Numbered from the stretch's first letter, positions 49,701 through 57,562 are shown. The stretch is DNA of 64,000 nt from an uncultured Phycisphaerales bacterium (GCA_963976955.1 CAXBMD010000003.1:147464-211463); one strand, 5' to 3'. Program-made: numbers and translations. Notes: a model not told the origin generated them from the sequence alone.

Positions 49701-50537
49701 AGCAAACATGATTACACGAAATCGAATTGCTGTTGAAATATTGGCTGGTACTGCGATCAGCACACCACTTGAGTACCTAACCAGTGGTTTCAGAAAAAGA
49801 TCAGAACGACCTTCTTCCTGCCGAGTTTTACGGAGAAGTTGTACTGATGTTGAAAAGGCTATAATGTCATCTGGTTTGACCCCAAGTTGTGCAAGCTCAG
49901 CATTTGTGAATAAGACAGCCTTGCTCAACTCGGAGGCTTGTGAAGCGACTTCCGGTTGAAGCCTTGGCACCGGATACTCCTCGCCACAGCTGTATCGCGT
50001 GAGACCACGGCGCTCTGCAACCGCCTCGGATAGTATTAGCATGCTCTTGACTTCATCTTTGAGGAGGATAAATGGCTGCTTGTCTGGCATTGATTCGATA
50101 GCATTAAGAAATCTTTGGAGATGAAATGCGCTCGCTTCCCAAAGCCCTTCAAAGATGCGAAAATTCTGGCCACGAAAGTAAACAAGCGAGACAAAAACAT
50201 CCTCGGCAGGGTCTTCCATTGAGCCATGCCCTAGATCGCCAAATATTTTGAACAGTTGTATCAGCTGATTTGTGTTTAATCGCTTTTTGCCATTTGCATT
50301 GCAAAGGACATCTTCAATCATCTTTTCCAGACGGTGAGCATTTGAGGCAACTTCTGGGCAAGTCAGTAAACCAGCAATCTGAGCGGTTGAATTTATGGGA
50401 TCCAAGTTTTTGATAACTCGATCAGCCTCTGTTGATTTATTCTGAAACTGTCGGCGATCATGTTCGGGTATCTTGGGCGCACCAAGCTTATCGAGCTTAG
50501 CCTGGTATTTTTCTTGATCAAACTCTGCAGGTTCCAT
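46761..50537 (-). CDS. Giant (1258 aa) protein of unknown function with a C-terminal PD-(D/E)xK (Mrr-cat/restriction-endonuclease-like) domain
   Basis: The C-terminus reads GHKFTKSMAALLRKDGWKV...YGDVDILAW...LVIECK, a D...ExK pattern at about residues 1146-1165 by my count. I found no Walker A or helicase motif anywhere. The coding sequence is low in GC. Confidence 0.75.
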   Translation of the reverse strand: MEPAEFDQEKYQAKLDKLGAPKIPEHDRRQFQNKSTEADRVIKNLDPINSTAQIAGLLTCPEVASNAHRLEKMIEDVLCNANGKKRLNTNQLIQLFKIFGDLGHGSMEDPAEDVFVSLVYFRGQNFRIFEGLWEASAFHLQRFLNAIESMPDKQPFILLKDEVKSMLILSEAVAERRGLTRYSCGEEYPVPRLQPEVASQASELSKAVLFTNAELAQLGVKPDDIIAFSTSVQLLRKTRQEEGRSDLFLKPLVRYSSGVLIAVPANISTAIRFRVIMFADQYGMKSMLGSRLALEYTDLIKGTPILGESFGAPLLWRFDNPIVTGEVIKEVDSGRFIHFLFLLDDFEQFNYHNFTSVSPSFDNAGDLCQSCLDAAMSRAASQPNYKEGITIVVGCGWGRGIAIPAFETGRDDWRIEVTSIEQLVTLSWSKGMQPLHMFRLLDHVRELERRNVLIRNANGLLNLFEFVSSQGFHLAPHSALEPDMVKDGGPLMLSIPLNSIFDMRRCVAQLHDLHLATPPESMPVLVRRYHIGSYFSSEFDLPLYGSITDIALGTLKSVYEGAWMSVWLTSHTADPEDRDGLFRFWDAATKWIATIVPALESAIGISSMTEIAWHIEYETTSDPADLNIDQPESADQLFSKIETRVNISKKSITSYLPRSVYIGFHQPKNSAEQAILMSLVDGVNQILNTDLDPIQTAKQAVGSEYARHFHLFEAREFADFVADKIPRHPILFEPFDDTLSRLGIAFRVKGLSPGDVIDGVKRCTSTLNQVVDSLWEDVRKLLKRLDRKSTIEKLMLNTMATHRSNQQWQRTIRAVLALQDGKDNTLRTAADHIFRNNIASSASRYAIEMAICECPESDGEMPGEFELSRLIALIQLICQYGGWSDGIQCEVITDRIEVSTLGLLHISSDFHDGILEPYGFGTESIRLQSYSDSYENMFEQDIRSDPIAETVGAEFPEIWKEEFGFDIDEARKFLDELDDQALQEHSPVVCWKRSRYFQLAAKSMSEDSSNRFINELIIRHRASWDIPSEGYTDKDIVPWRFKRRLSLVYRPIVQLTNSDESLCICSPELVRIGLALRLSRAFNGEFEDQIFTSQRMRAWAGSRRNQLGHKFTKSMAALLRKDGWKVKLERELPEILGRKLERDYGDVDILAWNPKLSRTLVIECKNLFVAKTPGEVARQLVEFRGQVDNRGKPDRLLRHLQRVNLLCDNQQALARFVGMEETTIESVLLFQNRVPIEFIEDDAIAQVKICYPDTLLDA

Positions 50538-50699
50538 CTAGACTCCAGTTGCAACAATCGTAGCCGGGAAAATCCAATCTTGATTATCGGGAAATAATGA
50601 TCCAGCGAGATTGTGGGTTCGCGGTGGTATAGCAGATGACGACACCCTCTCGCGTATACCTAAATAGCATGTGAGCTTTATGTAACGGCTTCGTATTGG

Positions 50700-50800
50700 G
50701 CGGTATGGGGAGACTGGAAATTGGGAGGCTGCTTACCCCGGGGTTTCTTTAAAACGAGGCAATTATTGAGAAACCTAATGCCATGTGTCTAAACACGCTC
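50700..50800 (+). repeat. Junction repeat copy R3 (partial)
   Basis: GAGAAACCTAATGCCATGTGTCTAAACACGCTC (50768-50800) aligns with the 3' end of R2. The upstream part is only weakly similar. Confidence 0.5.
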
Positions 50801-50808
50801 TAAGACTA

Positions 50809-53800
50809 TTACTTGCCAGATCCAATCAACGCCTCTGCTTCGGTGAGGAGGGATTGGGCGATTCGGTCTTCGGCCCAGGGGGTGCCGTCGGGGTTGAGGG
50901 CTTGGGGGTCGGCCATGATGGCACGGGCGAGATCGAACGCGTATCGAGCCCGTGCTTCATCTGATTCTCCACCGAGGCCAGGAAGTTCGGAAGGCGGCAT
51001 CAGTATCGCAGAGTCAGAATCCCCCCAGATCTGAGCCAGTCCGAGGGCGAATACCAGCCGATCGATCGGATTTGGAGGGCCTCCCGCGTCCGAACGAGCA
51101 CGCCATGCAAAGGCACTCTCCGCAACGGCAATGTCAAAGTTACCAGCAGTGAGTTCAGCCTGGGCGGCAATCCGAAATGTTGCTTCGTGCTCTGCCCCGA
51201 ACTGAACCCCGTTATTCACAGCCGTGCGGAGTACTTCGAGAGTAAGTGAACTATCGATTCCCGCCAACTCGATACAGGTCTGCACGGCCTCCGTCATGTC
51301 CGAATGCCATTGCTCCCAGTGAACTGCAGGCGCCCCTGCATCTCCTGATCTCGCCACGGCGACTGCCTCCGCAAGTCGCCGTTGCTTGGTTTGTTCGGCT
51401 AGCTGCTCTTTTTCCGTAACCCGGGGTGGTGTGTATTCCCACACCTCGGCTTTGGCGAGGACTTGTTCCTTTACCCTCACAGGCAGGTCCGCGGCGTTGG
51501 CAGCGGAGAGGACCTCGGTCTTGTTGGTCTGGTCTTTGGTGATGGTCTCGAATGCACGCTTTGCTTCATTGTCGATGTCGCCGAGGCGTTCTCCGAGCAA
51601 CTCGGCGGCGGCTAGGCGGCGGAGGGGGGTGAGCGCGGGGGATGTTTCGATGGCGGGCATCAAATCATCGGTTGGGGTCGGCCCGGCCATGAGGGTGTCA
51701 AGGTACGCTCCCGCAGGAATACGCTCGGCCCAGCGGCGCTGGACATCGGCGGCCTGATCCTCGGCGGATCGGGTGTCTAAGATTCTGGCTGAGCCGTCGT
51801 CGAGTTCGATGACCAGGCGTGTGCCATCGGGCGTGAAGGTCAGGTTGGTGACGCCGGCGTCCATGGGGATCGACGCGAGTTCGTTCTCGGTTTCGGGGTC
51901 CCAGAAGCGGACTGTGTTGTCGGCGGCTGCGGTGACGATTCGGGTGCCGGTGGGGTGGGTGGCGATGACTGTCGTATTGAGAGTAAAGGGTACAGATTGA
52001 AGCTTCATCTCATGAACATCTTTTCCAATACCATCAGGATCGATCTCAGCTTCGATCGCAAGCAATAGGTGTTTGCTCTGATGCAGCAAGCGGTCAGACT
52101 CGTAAAGACTATTTGTTTTCATCAAAACTGATTTACTACGGCCTTGACGATCAAAGCCATTGATAAAGACCGTGTCGTTGTCGACGAATTCCGCAATCCC
52201 ATTGTCACTTGATTTAACAGGGGCATGAAAGAGAGGTCCAATCAGATTGCCCTGCATATCAAATAGACCAGCTCGACCTTCGGACGACCAACTATTGATG
52301 AGAATCTGGCTGCTATCGTTAGATATTAACACAAAAGAGAGATGGTTTCCAGCAAGCCCAAAATCATTGATATGCGACCCATCTCTGTTCCAGAGGTGAA
52401 TCAAACTCGTCTTTCGAATCAATACAACTGAACTATCCGGGCTGAAACGGATTCTTGGTGAGTTGCTGCTGTGCGTTGCCTGAGCTAGTACAGGACCAAC
52501 CCGGTTGCCGTCAATGTCCCACATCCGGACACTGTGATCGCCACTCTCGATCAGGACCCGTTGCCCATCCGGGCTGATCGTGATTGATTCGGCTCTGCTA
52601 TCGAGTTGTATGAACATGCCGTGTTCGGATCCATCCAAATTCCACATCTGCACGCGACCATCTTCTGTTGCAGTGATAAGCATTTGCCCGTCGGGGCTGA
52701 ACTTGGCGATACTCACCGTACCGCTGTGGATCATTGGCGAACCTACTGATGAGCCGTCGAGATTCAATAATTGTACAGTTTGATCCGCATAAACCACGAG
52801 TAACATCGAATCATCCGGACTAAATATTGGCTCCCATATCCAATCTGTTTCATGGAGTTCACGAGTTACTATTCCTGAAAAATCCAATTGGCGAATGGTT
52901 CGATCTTTCAAAATTATCGACATTCTTTGGTTATCATGGCTAAAGCGAACATCATTTGTCCATGCATAATATGGAATTGGCTCTCCGACCGGTTGCCCAT
53001 CTAAGTTCCAGAGTTGCAAAATCTTTTGAGGAATATGATCATCAGATTTGTACCCACCAAGGCTAACTGTGCTTAAATAATTTCCGTCAGGGCTGAGCTT
53101 GACAGAGACCAGGGAACCCTCAGTTGACATTGAAACGCCGATTTGATTTCCTTCTGTGTCCATGAACTTCATGCGTTGGCTGTAGAATTCCCATGACAAT
53201 ACAATTTTTCCATTAGGACTGACCAACAATTCTCCTGAAAATTCTTTGAAATAGCTATTCGCTCTTTTTGACAAGTACTCCCACTCCCACCCGCGTTTGC
53301 TTTGGGGGCAGGCGGCGATGCGGTCGCGGGCTTCGGGCCAGTTGCTGTTGTCCATCGCCATCTGTGCCAGCGCTAGGTTGGCTGTGTACGAGTTCCACTC
53401 GACTTCATCTGTTCGCACAAGCAACTTCTCATTTGTGTCTTTCAGATCGTCTCGCGCAGATTGAGCGATAGTGGCGTTATTCAGCGCCGCATCGGCGTTG
53501 TATTGCGCGATCACCAGCCCCACAGTTGTCCCAGCAATTCCTAGCAGCAGAGTCGCCGCGACTGCACCTCCGGCGATCACCGGTCCTCGATTCCTTTTCA
53601 CAAATTTCCGAAGCTTGTACCCTCGGCTCACCGGAGCAGCAATAACCGCATCTCCGTCGAGATGCCGCTGGACATCGGCTGCCAATGCGCTGGGGGTTTC
53701 GTATCGCCGCGACCGATCTTTGTCGAGCGCCTTTATGGCGATCCAGTCGAGTTCGCCCTTGAGAAGAGCGCTGAGTTTGGTTGGCTCGGATTTTCGCGAT

Positions 53801-54801
53801 GCAGCGATCGCGGCGAGTTTGAATACATCTCGTGACAGCCGTTGGCTGGGGGCGGGTGGTTCTTCTTCTTTGATGATCCGGCGAATCTCGTTGTAAGCGG
53901 CGCTGCGTAGACGTTTGGCGTCGAGGGGGGTTTGCCCGGTGAGCAGTTCGTAGAGCAGCACACCAAGCGCGTAGACATCGGTGCGGGTATCGATGTCCGG
54001 CAGCCCCTCGGCCTGCTCGGGGCTCATGTATTCGAGCGTGCCGATAAGTTGGTGGTGCTCGGTGAAGAGTGTCTTGTCGGTGAGTTGCGAGGCGGTTGCT
54101 TTGGCGATTCCGAAGTCAATGACTTTGGCCAAGGGCTTGCCATCGGTCATCGACACAAGAATATTGTTTGGTTTGATGTCGCGGTGGATGATGCCTTTGG
54201 TGTGCGCGTGCTGAACGGCGGCACACGCTTGATTGAAGATCGCTAGTCGCTCGCGGACGCTGAGCTTGTGGGCATCGGCGAACTCGGTGATTGAGTCACC
54301 CACGACATACTCCATCACGAAATATGGGCGTCCCGATTCGGTCGCACCCGCATCGAGTACGCGGGCGATGTTTGGGTGGTCCATGAGCGCGAGGGCTTGG
54401 CGTTCGGCTTCGAAGCGGGCGATGACCTGCTTGGTGTCCATGCCGAGCTTGATGATTTTGAGAGCGACGCGCCGACGGATTGGCTTTGATTGCTCAGCGA
54501 GGAATACCGTCCCGAATCCGCCCTCACCGATCTGTTGGAGCAGTTTGTAGGGGCCGATCACTGTCCCCGCTTTTTCGGTGATGGCGACAAATTGGCTTGG
54601 TGAAGCGGTGGGTGCGGTCGGGCTCCCCATGAATCCACCGGCGTCTTCGTGTGCCATCAGGAGTGTCAAAACATCGTGTTGAAGTTGGGCGTCGTTCGCA
54701 CAGAGCGAATCGAGCTTTGCTTGGCGTTCGTCTTCTGGGAGGTCGATGATTTCCAAAAAGATATCGCGTGCTTGAAATTTGCGTTCGTTTTCCATGATCA
54801 A
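50809..54801 (-). CDS. Membrane Ser/Thr protein kinase with a WD40-type beta-propeller and a C-terminal helical region
   Basis: Hanks kinase motifs are present (GEGGFGTV, VALK, HRDIKPNNILV, DFGIAK, SPEQ). One TM segment follows (VIAGGAVAATLLLGIAGTTVGLVIA), then many SPDG...LWNLDG repeats. Confidence 0.9.
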   Translation of the reverse strand: MIMENERKFQARDIFLEIIDLPEDERQAKLDSLCANDAQLQHDVLTLLMAHEDAGGFMGSPTAPTASPSQFVAITEKAGTVIGPYKLLQQIGEGGFGTVFLAEQSKPIRRRVALKIIKLGMDTKQVIARFEAERQALALMDHPNIARVLDAGATESGRPYFVMEYVVGDSITEFADAHKLSVRERLAIFNQACAAVQHAHTKGIIHRDIKPNNILVSMTDGKPLAKVIDFGIAKATASQLTDKTLFTEHHQLIGTLEYMSPEQAEGLPDIDTRTDVYALGVLLYELLTGQTPLDAKRLRSAAYNEIRRIIKEEEPPAPSQRLSRDVFKLAAIAASRKSEPTKLSALLKGELDWIAIKALDKDRSRRYETPSALAADVQRHLDGDAVIAAPVSRGYKLRKFVKRNRGPVIAGGAVAATLLLGIAGTTVGLVIAQYNADAALNNATIAQSARDDLKDTNEKLLVRTDEVEWNSYTANLALAQMAMDNSNWPEARDRIAACPQSKRGWEWEYLSKRANSYFKEFSGELLVSPNGKIVLSWEFYSQRMKFMDTEGNQIGVSMSTEGSLVSVKLSPDGNYLSTVSLGGYKSDDHIPQKILQLWNLDGQPVGEPIPYYAWTNDVRFSHDNQRMSIILKDRTIRQLDFSGIVTRELHETDWIWEPIFSPDDSMLLVVYADQTVQLLNLDGSSVGSPMIHSGTVSIAKFSPDGQMLITATEDGRVQMWNLDGSEHGMFIQLDSRAESITISPDGQRVLIESGDHSVRMWDIDGNRVGPVLAQATHSSNSPRIRFSPDSSVVLIRKTSLIHLWNRDGSHINDFGLAGNHLSFVLISNDSSQILINSWSSEGRAGLFDMQGNLIGPLFHAPVKSSDNGIAEFVDNDTVFINGFDRQGRSKSVLMKTNSLYESDRLLHQSKHLLLAIEAEIDPDGIGKDVHEMKLQSVPFTLNTTVIATHPTGTRIVTAAADNTVRFWDPETENELASIPMDAGVTNLTFTPDGTRLVIELDDGSARILDTRSAEDQAADVQRRWAERIPAGAYLDTLMAGPTPTDDLMPAIETSPALTPLRRLAAAELLGERLGDIDNEAKRAFETITKDQTNKTEVLSAANAADLPVRVKEQVLAKAEVWEYTPPRVTEKEQLAEQTKQRRLAEAVAVARSGDAGAPAVHWEQWHSDMTEAVQTCIELAGIDSSLTLEVLRTAVNNGVQFGAEHEATFRIAAQAELTAGNFDIAVAESAFAWRARSDAGGPPNPIDRLVFALGLAQIWGDSDSAILMPPSELPGLGGESDEARARYAFDLARAIMADPQALNPDGTPWAEDRIAQSLLTEAEALIGSGK

Positions 54802-55373
54802 ACCTCATTTTGCCCGTTCAAACTGCGATACAGCACCGCCCGAGCATATGACCAGAGCCGGGCGCAGGTCCTTGGTGAGATTCCGAGGACCGCGGCGGTC
54901 TGGTCGACACTGAGACCCGCGTAGAAGCGCAGCCTTACAACGGCCGCCGCATCCGGGTCTTCAGTCTCCAAGCGTATGACGGCGGCATCGACTGCCAAGA
55001 TTTCTTCTGGATCTTGTAAAATAAGTGCTGCCGCGTCTGGAAACTCGGTAAGTTTGTGATGATTCCCGCCGCGGGCTCTGTGGGCGCGGGCGTGGTCGAT
55101 GAGGATCCGCCGCATGGCCTGGGCAGCTGCGGCATAGAAATGAGCCCGGTTCTGCCAGGGCAACTCGCGAGGTCCAGCAAGCCGCAAATATGCTTCATGG
55201 ACCAACGCGGTTGCTTGGAGTGTGTGCCCGGGGCGTTCGGAGGCGATCGCCTGCTGGGCCGCAGCCCGGAGCTGGGCATAGACCAACTCCATCAGTTCAG
55301 CGGCCGAAGCTTGATCGCCCTGCAACGCACTCTTGGTCAGTTGTTCTAGTCTCTCTGAACTGCTGCTTGACAT
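54798..55373 (-). CDS. ECF-type sigma-70 family factor (kinase-associated type)
   Basis: Region 2 (LVHEAYLRL) and region 4 (RLRFYAGLSVDQTAAVLGISPRT) are present. The stop overlaps the kinase start by 4 nt. Confidence 0.85.
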   Translation of the reverse strand: MSSSSSERLEQLTKSALQGDQASAAELMELVYAQLRAAAQQAIASERPGHTLQATALVHEAYLRLAGPRELPWQNRAHFYAAAAQAMRRILIDHARAHRARGGNHHKLTEFPDAAALILQDPEEILAVDAAVIRLETEDPDAAAVVRLRFYAGLSVDQTAAVLGISPRTCARLWSYARAVLYRSLNGQNEV

Positions 55374-55422
55374 TGTTTCTATTCTAGGTTCGACGCGGAG
55401 AGGGCAGAATTACACTGGTGCG

Positions 55423-55762
55423 GTGTGGGCAAAAGCTAATCGAGGACAAGGGGCTCAGATCATTGATGGATTTGAGGGAAAATTTATTGTCTATGGCCTC
55501 AGAAACCCTAATCCGAAATTCGGGTCGATGCGACAGTTGGATTTGGCCATCAGGCTATGTGCTGAGGGGTGCGGCAGCAGATTGTGGCACCCTCTTGGTT
55601 ATGCTTTCCGTGTATTCGAGCTTTACAGAACCGCTTCTTCTCGGGCTGAGTCCAGTGAGAGTGCTAACTGACACAAATTACACCTGTCAGGGGAATATTT
55701 TGACGGATCTGCTTGTTGCCAGGGGTTCAGGAGTACTAGATGCCATTTGATTTGTGTACTGC
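55423..55762 (+). repeat. Junction repeat copy R4
   Basis: It contains GTGTGGGCAAAAGC (55423), CAGAAACCCTAATCCG (55500), GTCGATGCGACAGTTGGATTTGGCC (55524) and ATGCCATTTGATTTGTGTACTGC (55740). These segments are collinear with R2. Confidence 0.65.
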
Positions 55763-55782
55763 ATACAGTTAGAGTTTCCAGA

Positions 55783-56208
55783 ATGATCCGCCTACTGACC
55801 ATCTTGATCCTCATGCTCGCGGGAATCCCGCGGGTTGGTGTCGGGATGATCGGTGGACCGGTTGGGGCTGGTTGCAGTGATATGGTCTGCCAGCAGGTTA
55901 TGGACGAATCAAGTTGCTGCGAAGAATCAGCACCTGTTCTTGATATGGACGAGTTTTGTCCGATGTCGGGCGGACCTTGCCGGTGCGGGATCACTCCTGG
56001 TGATAATCGCAATCCATCTCCGAAGGCTCCGCTGCAACGAAGTGAAACTCAGATCACTCTCGGGCTCTTTGCTGAACCACGCCAACTCTGCATCTGGACA
56101 GTGGCCAGTGATGAGCATCCCGCGCCCATGATCGGGCTTGTCGGGAACCTTCACGCACTACGAACACATTCCGAAACACAAGCCATTCTGGGTATCTGGA
56201 GAACTTAG
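55783..56208 (+). CDS. Cys-rich secreted hypothetical protein
   Basis: A signal-like N-terminus MIRLLTILILMLAGIP is followed by CSDMVCQQVMDESSCCEE...CPMSGGPCRCG. The function is unknown. Confidence 0.5.
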   Translation: MIRLLTILILMLAGIPRVGVGMIGGPVGAGCSDMVCQQVMDESSCCEESAPVLDMDEFCPMSGGPCRCGITPGDNRNPSPKAPLQRSETQITLGLFAEPRQLCIWTVASDEHPAPMIGLVGNLHALRTHSETQAILGIWRT

Positions 56209-56581
56209 ATCGGGGTCTCTTCGGGGCAGTACGCGCTGAGCGTGTGCAGTTCCGCCGTGATCCATCGTTCTTGTTCACCTTGATATCAAGGAGAGTGCTA
56301 TGGCCTTTCGCCAATACGCGGACGCATTGAGTGCCGCCTTGGGGTATGTGTCCCCTGCCGAATATCCACAAATCCGGACCACGCTTTCAAGTTTCTACCT
56401 GAGGCGTTGGGCACAGGCAGTGGATATGGCCTCATGATCACGATCGATCCCAATCTTTGGCGGGTTGGCTAAGCCGTCACCCACTTGGTTCATCGTTTCC
56501 ATCCTGTACTGCTGGGCGCAGGAACGGAAACTTCGCGTATCAACACCGCCCACACTAGTTACCAAAATGAAGGAGATTCAT

Positions 56582-57562
56582 ATGAATCGTTTACCAATCA
56601 CAGTTGCATGCGCTTGCTGCGCTTTCCTCTCAACCCCTGCTCTTGCTCAATCCGGACACGCGGATCATGGCGATCACGCCCACGGGGAACCAGAGGCTTC
56701 AAAGCCGGTCAATGCGATGTGCCCCATCGGGAATGAACCAGTCGAAGCAGACGGGGGAAGCACTGTGTATAAAGGCAAGACCATCGGATTCTGCTGTCCT
56801 GGTTGCATCGACAAGTTCAATGCTTGGGACGAATCCAAGAAGGATGAGTTTGTTTCGATGTCAATGATGGGTGCCCATGCGGCGATGCAAGACCACAAAG
56901 AACCCAAAACCGACATGCACGCATCGAAAACCACAGAGCGCGTTGGTGATCCGTACATGCTCAACACCTGCCCGATCTCCGGCGAAGAACTCGGGTGGAT
57001 GGGAGATCCGATTGTCAAGCTGTATGACGGGCGCGAGGTCAAGTTCTGCTGCGAGATGTGCGTGCCCAAGTTTGAGAAGGATCTCAAAGCCTCGTTCGCC
57101 AACCTCGATCAACAGATCATTGATTCACAACTCCCGTTCTACCCAACAACCACCTGCATCGTCTCGGGTGAACAACTCAACGGAACCAATGAGTCCGGCG
57201 AGGTTATGGAACCGATCAACTATGTGTACAACAACCGATTAGTCCAGTTCTGCTGCAAGATGTGCAAGGGCGATTTCAAGAAAGATCCCCAGGCGTACAT
57301 CGCCAAGCTCGACGCCGCGGTCATCGCGCAGCAGAGCGAGCAATACCCATTGACGACTTGTCCGATCTCGGGTGAAGAACTCGGAGGCGAGATGGGCGAA
57401 TCAATCGACATCGTTTATGGTGGCCGATTGGTCAAGTTCTGCTGCACCAAGTGTGTAGAAAAATTTGAAGCCAACCCCATGCCAACCATCGAGAAGATTG
57501 ATGCTGCGTGGATGTCGATGCACGGCAACGATCACGGCAAAGATGCTCATCACGACGGCTAA
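56582..57562 (+). CDS. Secreted protein with four tandem YHS/TRASH-like Cys motifs and His-rich termini
   Basis: A signal peptide is followed by HADHGDHAHGE and then four copies of the pattern C(P/I)(I/V)...(F)CC..C..(K)F. The C-terminus is HGNDHGKDAHHDG. An SD AAGGAG precedes the ATG at 56582. Confidence 0.75.
   Translation: MNRLPITVACACCAFLSTPALAQSGHADHGDHAHGEPEASKPVNAMCPIGNEPVEADGGSTVYKGKTIGFCCPGCIDKFNAWDESKKDEFVSMSMMGAHAAMQDHKEPKTDMHASKTTERVGDPYMLNTCPISGEELGWMGDPIVKLYDGREVKFCCEMCVPKFEKDLKASFANLDQQIIDSQLPFYPTTTCIVSGEQLNGTNESGEVMEPINYVYNNRLVQFCCKMCKGDFKKDPQAYIAKLDAAVIAQQSEQYPLTTCPISGEELGGEMGESIDIVYGGRLVKFCCTKCVEKFEANPMPTIEKIDAAWMSMHGNDHGKDAHHDG

Noticed and set aside
42160-50808. A CRISPR array or integron attC array as an explanation for the repeats.
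   Set aside because: The repeats are hundreds of nt long, diverged and spaced 3.7-4.6 kb apart. There are no short regularly spaced repeats, no cas genes and no IntI-type tyrosine integrase.
55687-55730. GTCAGGGGAAT and GCCAGGGGTTC as the distal att partner of the CAGGGA cluster at 36.5 kb.
   Set aside because: The orientation is direct rather than inverted, each carries an extra G, and such short GC-rich strings are expected by chance in this genome.
56300-56437. A 45-codon ORF (MAFRQYADALSAALGYVSPAEYPQIRTTLSSFYLRRWAQAVDMAS) between the Cys-rich gene and the 4xYHS gene.
   Set aside because: It has no clear SD or motif and is too short to support without comparative data.
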